From assembly GCA_964548195.1 (NCBI GenBank), contig CAZJQC010000004.1:17403-81402 (forward strand): a stretch of 64,000 nt of DNA, given 5' to 3'. This document shows positions 47,656 to 57,490 of the stretch, piece after piece. The stretch is from an uncultured bacterium (GTDB taxonomy: Bacteria > Macinerneyibacteriota > Macinerneyibacteria > Macinerneyibacteriales > DSCS01). Position 1 is the stretch's first letter; every line of letters starts with the position of its first letter. Both the position numbers and the translations under genes were made by a program. A model generated the notes under the pieces. The model searched no databases, was not told where the DNA came from, and saw nothing but the letters and a program-made list of their open reading frames with translations.

Positions 47656-48513
47656 ATGGAGAGGACTTCCCGTTTTTCAGGTTCTTTTTATCCCGATGAC
47701 CCGGCGGAAATAATCGAGTTTATAAACGGGTGCGCGGTCCGTGAAGAGAAAATCTATCCCATGGCGGGCTGCGTCCTGCCGCATGCGGGATGGTTTTTTT
47801 CCGGCCGCACCGCATTAAACACCCTTCGGGCGGCTTCCGGTTTTTCCGGAGTCCGTCTGTGTGTCATCTTCGGAGCCGTCCATACCCGGGCGATGGCGCG
47901 GCCTGCTCTTTCTCCGGCAGACGGGTGGGAAACGCCTCTGGGAACTGCCCCCGTAGATACCGCCGTTGCGGCGGAACTGGCGGACAGCGGCCTGTTTGAT
48001 GTCAGCGCAAGCGCTCACGAAGACGAACATTCGATAGAAGTGCTGCTGCCTTTTGTGCGGCATCTGGCGCCGGATTGCCTGATCCTTCCGGTCTCCGTCC
48101 CGTATTATATACAGGACGACCTTGAAAAATATGTATCAGTGTTCTCGAAAATTGCCCAAAAAGAAGGGACGTTTTTCATAGCGTCAAGCGATTTCACCCA
48201 TTATGGCCCCCGTTACGGCGATCTTTCATACGGCAGCGGCGAGGCCGCGCACTCGCGGGTAAAGGAGGAAAAGGACAAACTGTTTATAAACCTTGTCCGT
48301 TCGGGCGAATACGGGCGTATAATACCGTATGCCGTAAAACACGCGTCGGCCTGCGGCGCGGGAGGCATAGCCCTGCTCACCGGTATATTGAAAGGGCATG
48401 AGGTCAGGGTGATGGACTATACGACAAGCTGTGACGTCTATCCCCAGGGGGGATGCGGTTCATTCGTGACATACTGCGGCCTGGGTTATATCAGAAATCA
48501 AGCTTCTCCTTAA
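47656..48513 (+). CDS. amrB: AmmeMemoRadiSam system protein B (MEMO1-like)
   Basis: GSFYP, PHAG, WETPLG, EHSIEV, SSDFTHYG, ACG. Confidence 0.9.
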   Translation: MERTSRFSGSFYPDDPAEIIEFINGCAVREEKIYPMAGCVLPHAGWFFSGRTALNTLRAASGFSGVRLCVIFGAVHTRAMARPALSPADGWETPLGTAPVDTAVAAELADSGLFDVSASAHEDEHSIEVLLPFVRHLAPDCLILPVSVPYYIQDDLEKYVSVFSKIAQKEGTFFIASSDFTHYGPRYGDLSYGSGEAAHSRVKEEKDKLFINLVRSGEYGRIIPYAVKHASACGAGGIALLTGILKGHEVRVMDYTTSCDVYPQGGCGSFVTYCGLGYIRNQASP

Positions 48514-49237
48514 GGGCCGGAAGAAATGTCCTGCTGATCCTGAAGGACGTCCTTTCGGCATCGGCCATGCGTACCCAGTAATCGGAGGCGACCACCTTTT
48601 CGATCTTCTCTATCTTATCAAGGGATATTATTATGCTTTTGTGTATTCTGCAGAACAGGTCGGGGTCAAGTGTGGCTTCCAGGTCCCGTAACGTGCTTGT
48701 CACAAAGAATTCCCTGTCATAGGTGCATAGGAAGATATATTTTATATCGGCTTTGAAAAAATAAACGTCCTCCTGCGGTATTATCAATATCTCTTCTCCC
48801 CGTCTGACACTGAACCTGCGTCTTATCTTCTCTTTTTTCAGCATGGCTGATATGAACTCGGCCATGTCCGTGGAAGTGGCTCCGCCCCGGGCCAATACAC
48901 GCCGCACCGCTGTCTCCACCCGCTCTCTGGTGGCCGGCTTCAGTATATAGTCGACACTGTTCAGGTCGAAGGCTTTCAATGCATACTGGTCATAGGCCGT
49001 GGCAAAGATGATCATCGGTTTGTATTCAAGCTTCGATATGACTTCAAAGCCGCTCATGCCGGGCAGCTCGATGTCCACAAACAGCAGATCCGGACGCAAT
49101 GAGTTCGCTTTTTCCACAGCTTCAGCGCCCGTGGAAGCTTTTCCCACTATGACGACCTCTTCAATATCGGAGAGCAGGTTTTCCATCCTCTTCATTGCGA
49201 GAAGCTCATCCTCGATTATCATGGTATTTATTTGCAT
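48491..49237 (-). CDS. LytTR family response regulator
   Basis: IEDE, FVDI, TAYD, DYILKP, F.RIHKS. Confidence 0.93.
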   Translation of the reverse strand: MQINTMIIEDELLAMKRMENLLSDIEEVVIVGKASTGAEAVEKANSLRPDLLFVDIELPGMSGFEVISKLEYKPMIIFATAYDQYALKAFDLNSVDYILKPATRERVETAVRRVLARGGATSTDMAEFISAMLKKEKIRRRFSVRRGEEILIIPQEDVYFFKADIKYIFLCTYDREFFVTSTLRDLEATLDPDLFCRIHKSIIISLDKIEKIEKVVASDYWVRMADAERTSFRISRTFLPALKEKLDF

Positions 49238-50277
49238 GGCACCTCCAAATGTACGCGTGTCCCGCCCTCGGGGACCACAAATATCCTGAATATACCCTTG
49301 TTTCCGTAAAACATCGCTATGCGTTCACGCAGGCTGGAGAGACCGTATCCGGAAGATGTCTTATTGGCTCTGTCTGCTTCAAAACCTATGCCGTTGTCGA
49401 TTATATCGATCTGCAGCATATTTTCAGCGCGCATTATGTTCACAGTGACTTTTCCGCCGCTGTCCTTGGGCGTGATCCCGTGTATTACCGCGTTTTCGAC
49501 ACATACTTCGATGATGAGGGGCATGATAGGCATGTCCATAAGTTCTTCATCCGCATTGATCTCATACTCCAGACGCTCCTGAAAACGCAGACGCTCTATC
49601 TCAAGATAGGACGTGACCAGGTCCAGCTCTTTTCGCAAGGGGACCTGAAAATCGTCAGGAAGATAGAGTATGTTTCTGTATATGTCGGACAGGCTCTGTA
49701 TGGTCTGTTCCAGTTTTTCGGGTTCGTTGTCGTAACCCAGTGAGATCAGCGAGTTGAGCGTGTTGAATAGAAAATGCGGGTTGAGTTTTGACTGCAGAAG
49801 TTTCAGCCGCGATTCGGTCTCTATCTGATGCTGTCTGTCAAGTATGTGCCTCAACTCAAGGCGATAGTTCGCATAGACTGTGTACAGGGTGAACACTATT
49901 ATGACGAACAGGCCGTTGTTCTCATAGACGGGCATCCGTTCATACGGAAAATATTCCACCCAGGACATGTAAAGGAGAAACTTAAACCCTATATAGGTCC
50001 CTAAGACGAAGGATATAAGGGCGGATAAGGCGGTAAGCGCCGTGTCGATAAGGTTTTTTCTTATGCTCTCGGCGCATGTGACCCCCTTGGACAACTTTCT
50101 CAGGAGGAGAAAGGATATGCCCATGGCATTGAAGAAAACGGTGTTGCGGTAATATATGCTCCATAAGCCGGTTATGTTTTTGCCTCCCGAATTCATTATG
50201 AAAGAGAAAGCAAGTATGGTCAGCTGAAACAGCACCGCCATTATTAAAAAATTATTTTTATTCCTTTTTTTGTACAT
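49228..50277 (-). CDS. LytS/AlgZ-type sensor histidine kinase
   Basis: About 4 TM helices; LNPHFLFNTLN, RFQERL, VENAVIHG, DNGIG, GYGL. Confidence 0.92.
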   Translation of the reverse strand: MYKKRNKNNFLIMAVLFQLTILAFSFIMNSGGKNITGLWSIYYRNTVFFNAMGISFLLLRKLSKGVTCAESIRKNLIDTALTALSALISFVLGTYIGFKFLLYMSWVEYFPYERMPVYENNGLFVIIVFTLYTVYANYRLELRHILDRQHQIETESRLKLLQSKLNPHFLFNTLNSLISLGYDNEPEKLEQTIQSLSDIYRNILYLPDDFQVPLRKELDLVTSYLEIERLRFQERLEYEINADEELMDMPIMPLIIEVCVENAVIHGITPKDSGGKVTVNIMRAENMLQIDIIDNGIGFEADRANKTSSGYGLSSLRERIAMFYGNKGIFRIFVVPEGGTRVHLEVPCK

Positions 50278-50282
50278 AACAC

Positions 50283-50993
50283 CTAATATTTCTTGTAGTA
50301 AAGCCACAGATAGGCATAGCTTCCGTAACTGGAGGATTTGTCGAGAGAATATGACAACGTCATGTTTTTCTTCGCTTCCGTATAGTCGCCCGCCCGCTCA
50401 TATATTTTTGCGAGATAAAAATAGGACATCTGTATGAATCCTATTCGCAGCTCGGTCACCGACGGGGAGTCGGTCTGAAAAAGTTTGCTGTTGAAGGCCT
50501 GCCATTCCTCCCATTCCGTTATGAGATAGCCGGGCACACTGCGTTTGAGCTCCTCGGCGATCTCCCGGTAAAGAAGGAGAGACTTTTGCCTTTTTCCGAA
50601 AAAAGAGGGGAGGAAATAACAGAGCTTTGCATATTCGACTTTGACGTACACATTGTCAGGAGCCGAGCGGAACGCCTCTTCGGCCATCCTTATCCCCCTT
50701 CGTGTCCTGATGTATTTCTCCCATACCCAGAAAGAGTCCATCCCCTCCCGGATTATCAGCCGCGCGCAAAGCATCTTGAGCAGGGCGTTGGACGGATATT
50801 CGATCCGAAGCGCTTCAAGTATCGCAAGTGAGTCAGCTATGGCGTTCTTGTCCTTTTGCTTGTTGTAGCCGTTGTCATATGTCTCATACGCATGTTTGAT
50901 CCCCTCAAGCAGCCGGCCGTTGTCCACGGGCTCTGCCGAGGAGAACGGCCGTATTATTAAGAAAAAGAGTATGATCAGGGCAATATTACGCAT
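50283..50993 (-). CDS. Exported TPR-like hypothetical protein
   Basis: Signal peptide; helical repeats; LPSFFG motif. Confidence 0.7.
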   Translation of the reverse strand: MRNIALIILFFLIIRPFSSAEPVDNGRLLEGIKHAYETYDNGYNKQKDKNAIADSLAILEALRIEYPSNALLKMLCARLIIREGMDSFWVWEKYIRTRRGIRMAEEAFRSAPDNVYVKVEYAKLCYFLPSFFGKRQKSLLLYREIAEELKRSVPGYLITEWEEWQAFNSKLFQTDSPSVTELRIGFIQMSYFYLAKIYERAGDYTEAKKNMTLSYSLDKSSSYGSYAYLWLYYKKY

Positions 50994-51037
50994 ATCGCCC
51001 CAATCATACTCCAAAACAACGGGCTTGACAAGCGCTA

Positions 51038-51586
51038 TCAGATCTCGTTGGGCGGCTGGAAATCAAGCTGTATTATGATATCAACGATGTCGTCGGGTAT
51101 ATCTTCATGTATATCGCCTTCCATCACTTTATCCTTTATTATGATCTCCTCGGATGTTTCCTTGACGCCCACTTCGACAAAGTTTGTAAACGTAAGGGCG
51201 TATTCCTTGTAAATCCCCTTTACGGAGAGATAGGTGTTCCATTGGTCCGGAGCCTCATCCGTGAAAAACGTGTTTGATGTCTCCCCGATCTTTTGATATA
51301 TCGGGATCGCCGACGACGACCTGTATACATGGTAGCGCACGCCGTCACGTATCTCTTCCAGTGTCAGCGGCTGGTCCCATACCAGCGTGGTGGACAGTCC
51401 AGAGGGGGCCGCATGCATCGTTATCGTCTGCGAGATGGTCCCGCTGGGGACGATGATCTCGCTTTCAACGGAATAATAGCTCACGGGGATCTCGGAGTCA
51501 CTCATCTCCAGAGGGTTGGAGTATTTGCCGCAGCTTGCCGCAATAAAAAGCACCAAAGATAAAATAAACAGATAAGATTTTTTCAT
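51038..51586 (-). CDS. Hypothetical lipoprotein with FN3-like beta-sandwich segment
   Basis: AASC lipobox; LVWD...YHVYRS...FFTD. Confidence 0.7.
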   Translation of the reverse strand: MKKSYLFILSLVLFIAASCGKYSNPLEMSDSEIPVSYYSVESEIIVPSGTISQTITMHAAPSGLSTTLVWDQPLTLEEIRDGVRYHVYRSSSAIPIYQKIGETSNTFFTDEAPDQWNTYLSVKGIYKEYALTFTNFVEVGVKETSEEIIIKDKVMEGDIHEDIPDDIVDIIIQLDFQPPNEI

Positions 51587-51653
51587 GACCACTCCTTTCA
51601 TTAGTGAATCTGTTTATCTATGATGACCTCCCGCGATGATGTGAATAAATATC

Positions 51654-51707
51654 GGATGAAAGCACAAAATCGGGGTGTGAAATGCATTTTTGAGGGGGTG
51701 AAGCGCA
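51654..51707 (-). promoter_or_regulatory. Three direct repeats at 21-bp period, putative LytTR boxes
   Basis: TGAA cores at 51657, 51678, 51699: GGATGAAAGCA, GTGTGAAATGCA, GGGTGAAGCGCA. Confidence 0.7.
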
Positions 51708-51789
51708 AACCCGTTATATATTAAACACTTGAAAACATACGCATGTTGGATTATTATTTCCGGGTCGAACATATGATTACGGAGGTAAA

Positions 51790-52473
51790 ATGGGTGTTTT
51801 AAAAAAAATAATGGGTTTTCCGGCGCTTCACCGTGCACGAAAGATGACCGCCAGGGCGAACGCTCTGCTTTCGAAAGGTGATCATGCGGGGGCGCGAGAG
51901 TTGTATATGCGGCTTGAATCATACGGGTTTGTGAATTTTATGACATATCACAATATCGGTTCCATATATTTCGAGGAGGGCGATCTCAAGGCCGCCGAGG
52001 AATATTTGAAAAAAGCGGTGGGAGTCAACCCGCAATCGGTATTGTCGCATTCGCTGTTGTCTGAGGTCTATCTCAGAAACAGGGCCTGGGAACAGGCCGA
52101 ACAGGCAGCCACGGCCGCGGCTGCTGCCGATCCGTTTAATTATTTCATAAAAAAAAGACGTGACAAGGTCTTCAACAAGGATTGGCGCAGGGAATATGTA
52201 AGATCTCTGGAGACGATGGAAAAAGCCGCGGAAGCTCAGCGCTCCGGGGATATTGAGGCCGCCTTGAGAGGGTACGAGACCGCCGTCGGCGCGGACCCGA
52301 AAAACGCGCTTGCCCATTTTTTACTGGGCGGGCTGCTTTTCAAAGAGGGCAACAGGGAAAAAGGGCTTGAACATCTGTATATGGCTGTTGAGATCGAGCC
52401 GGGGAACAGACGGTACGCATCTGCCTTGAGCGGATACCGCGCGCAGATGACAGAAGGCGATGGGGAGAGATAA
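51790..52473 (+). CDS. Tetratricopeptide repeat protein
   Basis: Several TPRs; GGAGG SD. Confidence 0.85.
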   Translation: MGVLKKIMGFPALHRARKMTARANALLSKGDHAGARELYMRLESYGFVNFMTYHNIGSIYFEEGDLKAAEEYLKKAVGVNPQSVLSHSLLSEVYLRNRAWEQAEQAATAAAAADPFNYFIKKRRDKVFNKDWRREYVRSLETMEKAAEAQRSGDIEAALRGYETAVGADPKNALAHFLLGGLLFKEGNREKGLEHLYMAVEIEPGNRRYASALSGYRAQMTEGDGER

Positions 52474-53582
52474 TGGACCTTTTTGAGATTAAGAACATGC
52501 TTGGAAAAGCCTCTGAAAAAGTATCGAGGCTTAAGGAATATCTGTCCATTGAACGCGGCAGAAAAAGGATGGCCGAAATACGCGAATCCATGACGCTTGA
52601 AGAGGTCTGGTCAGATCAGGCTAAGACCCGCGAGTTGGGGAAGGAATTGAGGCTGCTTGAGGACAATGAGGGAAAATATGTCTCACTTGTGGAGGACCTT
52701 GATGAGATATCGGTCATGACGGAATTGCTTGAAGAGGAAGCCGACGATGAAATACTGAGTGAGCTTGAGGAAAAGGTCAAAGGCTTTGACAAGCTTCTGA
52801 AGGAATCGGAACTGCGCAGCCTGCTCAACGAGCCGAACGACTCCAATGACGCCTACGTCGAAATACATCCCGGCGCCGGCGGCACCGAATCACAGGACTG
52901 GACTTCGATGCTTATGCGCATGTATGAGCACTGGTCAAGAAATCACAAGTATACTGTGGAGATCGTGGATTATCAGGACGGAGACGAGGCCGGAGTCAAA
53001 GCCGTTACTCTGAAGATAAAGGGCAATTATGCATTCGGGTATCTTAAGGCGGAAAACGGAGTGCACCGACTGGTGAGAATAAGCCCCTTCGATTCCAACA
53101 AACGGCGCCATACATCCTTTTCCTCGGTGTTTGTGTATCCGGAAATAGAAGAGGATATAGAGGTGGAGATCAATGAAAAGGATCTCAGGGTCGATACGTT
53201 CCGCGCCTCCGGCGCCGGCGGACAGCATGTAAACATGACCGATTCCGCCGTACGTATAACGCATATTCCGACCAATGTGGTCGTCCAGTGCCAGAACGAA
53301 CGTTCACAGATACAGAACCGGGAACAGGCCATGAAAATGCTCAGAGCCAGGCTTTATCAGCTTGAACTGGAAAAACTGGAAGCCGAACGGACAAAACTTG
53401 AGGACTCCAAGATGGAGAATTCCTGGGGAAGCCAGATCCGCTCATATGTGCTTCATCCGTACAAGATGATAAAAGACCACCGTACAAATATCGAGACGAG
53501 CAATACCGATGCCGTACTCAACGGCGACATAGACCAGTTCATCTTCGGATATCTGGATTTCAGACAGACTCGGGGGAATTAG
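52473..53582 (+). CDS. prfB: Peptide chain release factor 2
   Basis: GAGGTE, HRLVRISPF, GGQ, WGSQIRSY; continuous ORF. Confidence 0.97.
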   Translation: MDLFEIKNMLGKASEKVSRLKEYLSIERGRKRMAEIRESMTLEEVWSDQAKTRELGKELRLLEDNEGKYVSLVEDLDEISVMTELLEEEADDEILSELEEKVKGFDKLLKESELRSLLNEPNDSNDAYVEIHPGAGGTESQDWTSMLMRMYEHWSRNHKYTVEIVDYQDGDEAGVKAVTLKIKGNYAFGYLKAENGVHRLVRISPFDSNKRRHTSFSSVFVYPEIEEDIEVEINEKDLRVDTFRASGAGGQHVNMTDSAVRITHIPTNVVVQCQNERSQIQNREQAMKMLRARLYQLELEKLEAERTKLEDSKMENSWGSQIRSYVLHPYKMIKDHRTNIETSNTDAVLNGDIDQFIFGYLDFRQTRGN

Positions 53583-53588
53583 TATTTA

Positions 53589-54149
53589 ATGGATTTTGTC
53601 AGCGTTTTCCTTATTGCCGTTGCTCTTGCCATGGATGCCCTGGCCGTTTCGATCGCTTACGGCTTTGACCTTGAATACACCCACCCCCTCAGGATGACGA
53701 TGATAGCGCTGACATTCGGCATTTTTCAGGCGGTCATGCCTGTGGCCGGATGGCTGGCCGGCAAGGGGATGTACAGATGGATATCGCCCTATGACCATTG
53801 GCTGGTATTCGCCCTGCTCTCAGGGCTCGGCCTCAAGATGATATGGGATGCCTTTAAGGGCGGCGGCGATGCGGAGCCCATGAAATACAACGTCAGGATG
53901 CTGCTGCTGCTGGGGTTTGCCACCAGTATAGACGCCATGGCCGTGGGAGTCAGCCTGGCCCTGATAAAAGTGCGAATATTGTTTCCGGTGTTGATTATCG
54001 GCGCCGTGACATTTATACTCTCATATGCGGGAGTCTACGTGGGCCGTGTCTTCGGCAGGATCTTCAGAGGCAAAGCGAATGCCGTCGGGGGTATGGTCCT
54101 GATCTTCATAGGTGTCAGGATACTGTTGAGCCATTTGAAGGGAAGCTGA
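53589..54149 (+). CDS. mntP: Manganese efflux pump MntP
   Basis: ALAMDALAVS, FQAVMP, DHW, ATSIDAMAVG. Confidence 0.9.
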   Translation: MDFVSVFLIAVALAMDALAVSIAYGFDLEYTHPLRMTMIALTFGIFQAVMPVAGWLAGKGMYRWISPYDHWLVFALLSGLGLKMIWDAFKGGGDAEPMKYNVRMLLLLGFATSIDAMAVGVSLALIKVRILFPVLIIGAVTFILSYAGVYVGRVFGRIFRGKANAVGGMVLIFIGVRILLSHLKGS

Positions 54150-54150
54150 T

Positions 54151-55584
54151 ATGAGAAAAGCGTTTATTGCAGTATTGATATCACTTGTGTGTTCATCTGC
54201 ATGGGGTTACGAGATCCTTTCGTTTCTCCGTTACTCCAGGGCAAACGACCTGGAGTATTTCAGAAATACGGTATATGTCGCCACCGACAACGGCATCATC
54301 ACTTATGACGAACATGCCGGGACTTTTCTGAACACGTATGAAAAGGAAAAATGCCTTGCCGGGCAGTATGTATACGCATTGATCTCTTCGGAAGAGGCCG
54401 ATGCCCTGATCGCATTTACGGACAGAGGCGTGTACCGCTTCTCCCCCGACGGGACATGGGAGACGCTTGGCGACACCCTGGGCAAAGTCACCGGAACCAA
54501 CATGAAAAACGGCAGACTTTATTTTATGGCCGACCGCGGCGGCTATTATTTCGATCCCGCGCGCGGGGCCATATACAAAGGTTCCGAAGGGCCTTACGCG
54601 GGCATACATGACGCCTCCTTCGATGTTATGCTCATAAATACCGTCCTTAACAGGCCGGTGGAAGTCACTGATTTCGTCAGGACCGTTTTTGGAGACACCG
54701 TGATACTTACGGCGGACGGCTATCTCTGTCTGTATGATGAATTCCGGTATAAGCTCATCTATGACAATGCTGCTGTTTTCGACACACTGATCGGCGGGAC
54801 GGTACGGCTTGGAGGAGGAAAGACTGTATTTTTTGGAAACAGGCTCAATATATTTGATAACGGGACCTTTTCCTTCCGTTCCGTCCCCGAACTGGACGGC
54901 AACATCAATGATGCTGCCGCTGTTGACGGAGGCGTGCTCTTTGCAACAAGATCCGACGGGCTCGTGTACTGGCGGGAAGGCGTGCTCAGATCCATCGGCA
55001 CATCACGCGGCCTTTCTGACAATGACATCAGAAAAGTGGCTTATATCGGGGGCTACATATACGCCGTGTCCCGTTACGGCATCAGCTACTTTACACCGTT
55101 CAACACAGGAAAGATGGCCGAACTCAAAGGGATGGATTATTATAATATAACCGATATAAGCGGCGGAGACGGATATCTCGTCCTTTTACACAAAGACCGC
55201 ATCGTCGTGAGCGACATGCGCGGAAGGAATTCAAGGGTGATACTCTCCTCGGAATTGTTTAACGATATTCTGCTTGACGCGGAATACCATGACGGATCTG
55301 TATATGTGGCGGGGAATCTCGGCATAGCCGTGTACGATATCAACACAAATGAAAAACGGATCACGGGGGCGGTAAATGTACGCACGGAGGATATTCTGAT
55401 AGAAAACGGGAGGCTTTTCGCCGCGACGGCGGACGGACTGTACGCCGAGGACATAGCAAGCGGCGAGTCGTGGTTTGTAAACGAGTATGACGGCCTCTCC
55501 GGCAACGATATAAAAAAACTCTTTCCTTTTGAAAACGGCATCATCGTTATAACGGAAAAGAGTGCGGATTATATATATGAATGA
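54151..55584 (+). CDS. Exported beta-propeller hypothetical protein
   Basis: Signal peptide; YVATDNG, GLSDNDI and GLSGNDI blade repeats. Confidence 0.75.
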   Translation: MRKAFIAVLISLVCSSAWGYEILSFLRYSRANDLEYFRNTVYVATDNGIITYDEHAGTFLNTYEKEKCLAGQYVYALISSEEADALIAFTDRGVYRFSPDGTWETLGDTLGKVTGTNMKNGRLYFMADRGGYYFDPARGAIYKGSEGPYAGIHDASFDVMLINTVLNRPVEVTDFVRTVFGDTVILTADGYLCLYDEFRYKLIYDNAAVFDTLIGGTVRLGGGKTVFFGNRLNIFDNGTFSFRSVPELDGNINDAAAVDGGVLFATRSDGLVYWREGVLRSIGTSRGLSDNDIRKVAYIGGYIYAVSRYGISYFTPFNTGKMAELKGMDYYNITDISGGDGYLVLLHKDRIVVSDMRGRNSRVILSSELFNDILLDAEYHDGSVYVAGNLGIAVYDINTNEKRITGAVNVRTEDILIENGRLFAATADGLYAEDIASGESWFVNEYDGLSGNDIKKLFPFENGIIVITEKSADYIYE

Positions 55585-55999
55585 AGTCATTATCACGGAT
55601 TCGCCCGAAGAGACTATGTCTTTCGCGAGACGCTTTGCAGCAACCCTGCGCAAAGGCAGTGTTGTCGCGCTTTTCGGTGACCTTGGGACCGGGAAAAGTG
55701 TTTTTTGCAAAGGCATCGCCTCCGGATTCGGCATATCAGAGGCGGAGGTAAGATCGCCGAGCTTTACGATATTGAATGTATACAGGGGAGAAGATATCAC
55801 GATAAACCATTTTGACCTCTACAGGATATCGGACACCGATGAGCTTACATATCTGGGCTTTGATGACCATATCTATTCAGACGCGGTCTCTCTTATAGAA
55901 TGGTCCGAACGGATTGCAGAGGATCTTCCCGAACATGCTGTAAGGGTCTATATGGAACAGACCGGGGACGATTCCAGAAAAATAAGGATAGTGAGGTAG
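55577..55999 (+). CDS. tsaE: tRNA t6A biosynthesis ATPase TsaE
   Basis: GDLGTGKS, SPSF, HFDLYR, IEW. Confidence 0.93.
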   Translation: MNEVIITDSPEETMSFARRFAATLRKGSVVALFGDLGTGKSVFCKGIASGFGISEAEVRSPSFTILNVYRGEDITINHFDLYRISDTDELTYLGFDDHIYSDAVSLIEWSERIAEDLPEHAVRVYMEQTGDDSRKIRIVR

Positions 56000-56001
56000 C
56001 G

Positions 56002-56709
56002 GTGTTATTGCTTACGGTTGACAGTTCGAGGTTTACAGGCAGTGCGGGGCTGTTCGAAGAGGGTGAGTCCCTCATGACAGTGACGTTTAATACAAAGGCG
56101 ACATATTCGGAAAAGCTTCTTTTTATGATAGATTTTCTGCTGAAAGAAAGCGGAAAGACCATCGGGGACGTCGGCCTCATAGGGGTGAACTCAGGGCCGG
56201 GCTCTTTTACGGGGCTCAGGATCGGCATGTCCGTATGCAAGGGGCTGGCGTACGCCAAAAATATTCCGATCGTAAAGGTGAACACATTGCATATGGCCGC
56301 AAGGCATGCCGCCTCCGCGCCGGGACTCTACGCTCCCGTCATGGATGCCAGGAAAGAACAGGTGTTTGCCGCTTTGCTTGAGAAGACGGAGAGCGGCTGG
56401 CGGGAGGTCCTGCCTTCCGGAGCGTATTCGCTTGACGCGCTGGTTTCAAAAAATGAATTTTCACAGCCTGTCACATTTCTTGGAGACGGGGCCGGAAAAT
56501 ACAGACAGCGCATAGAGGAGCTGCTCCCCGGCAAGGATTTTTCAGCTGACTCGACCATAAGAAGCTATCCCGACATCTGCGCCGCCCTTGCGATGGAGTC
56601 GTACGCAAAAAACGGCGCCGAAGACCTTTTCGCGCTTGAACCCGATTATTACAGGGCCTCCGACGCGGAGATAAACCATGATAAGCATAAGAAGACTGAC
56701 GCCCTCTGA
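56002..56709 (+). CDS. tsaB: tRNA t6A biosynthesis protein TsaB
   Basis: GPGSFTGLRIG, DARKEQV, LEPDY; GTG start after GAGG. Confidence 0.93.
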   Translation: MLLLTVDSSRFTGSAGLFEEGESLMTVTFNTKATYSEKLLFMIDFLLKESGKTIGDVGLIGVNSGPGSFTGLRIGMSVCKGLAYAKNIPIVKVNTLHMAARHAASAPGLYAPVMDARKEQVFAALLEKTESGWREVLPSGAYSLDALVSKNEFSQPVTFLGDGAGKYRQRIEELLPGKDFSADSTIRSYPDICAALAMESYAKNGAEDLFALEPDYYRASDAEINHDKHKKTDAL

Positions 56710-57118
56710 CATTGACGCCATCATGGCAATAGAAACGGAGTCCTTCGCTTCGCCGTGGACCGAAAGTATGGTTGAAAATGAATTTGCGCTTGACCACTCC
56801 AGACTTACCGGGATCTTTGAAAACGGGAATATGGCCGGGTTCTGCGTCAGCTGGGTCATACTTGATGAGGGGCATATCGCGGATATCGCTGTGGGACGGG
56901 ATTTCAGACAAAAAGGTTTCGGCAGGATGCTTCTTGACGCTATATTGGAGGACATGAGGGCGGCAGGCGTCAAAAAAGTCTTCCTTGAACTGAGAAGATC
57001 AAATATCCCCGCCAGAAAGCTCTATGAAAAAACGGGTTTTGAACCCATCGGGGTAAGAAAAAACTATTATTCGGATGACGGTGAGGATGCCTTGGTGATG
57101 CAACTATCGCTTGATTAG
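56678..57118 (+). CDS. rimI: Ribosomal protein alanine N-acetyltransferase
   Basis: PW, IAV...RQKGFG, LELRRSN..A..LY, RKNYY, EDA. Confidence 0.9.
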   Translation: MISIRRLTPSDIDAIMAIETESFASPWTESMVENEFALDHSRLTGIFENGNMAGFCVSWVILDEGHIADIAVGRDFRQKGFGRMLLDAILEDMRAAGVKKVFLELRRSNIPARKLYEKTGFEPIGVRKNYYSDDGEDALVMQLSLD

Positions 57119-57139
57119 ATTGCCCCGCAATGCTATAAT
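57111..57139 (+). promoter_or_regulatory. Sigma70 promoter with extended -10 heading the last operon
   Basis: TTGATT-17-TATAAT with TGn (TGcTATAAT). Confidence 0.7.
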
Positions 57140-57160
57140 CCATGTTGCAGGGGGAGGGTT

Positions 57161-57490
57161 ATGATTCAGGGACGAAACAGCGATGTCGAATTTAAGGAAC
57201 GAAAAGTGCACGTCCAGACTGAGTTTATGTCCAATATAAGCACTATAGTGACACTTATATTCGATAACGGTGCTATCATAGGCAGTAAAAAGAAAAAACT
57301 TATCATCAACGGCGATGTCGACAAGATGCGCCAGAAAATAGAGGAAAAGCTTGTAGAGCAGCATAAGGAGATCATAGACACGATATATTCCGCCGGCCAT
57401 GATTCTTTGCCTCAGGCTGTTTCTCCCGAAAACAGTGAGGACTTGATGAATGATTTCCTTAAGGAAGTTTTCGGTGTAAACGATGCGTGA
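57161..57490 (+). CDS. Conserved hypothetical protein
   Basis: GGAGG SD; G.N...HVQTE...G.II.S.K...EQHK pattern. Confidence 0.7.
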   Translation: MIQGRNSDVEFKERKVHVQTEFMSNISTIVTLIFDNGAIIGSKKKKLIINGDVDKMRQKIEEKLVEQHKEIIDTIYSAGHDSLPQAVSPENSEDLMNDFLKEVFGVNDA

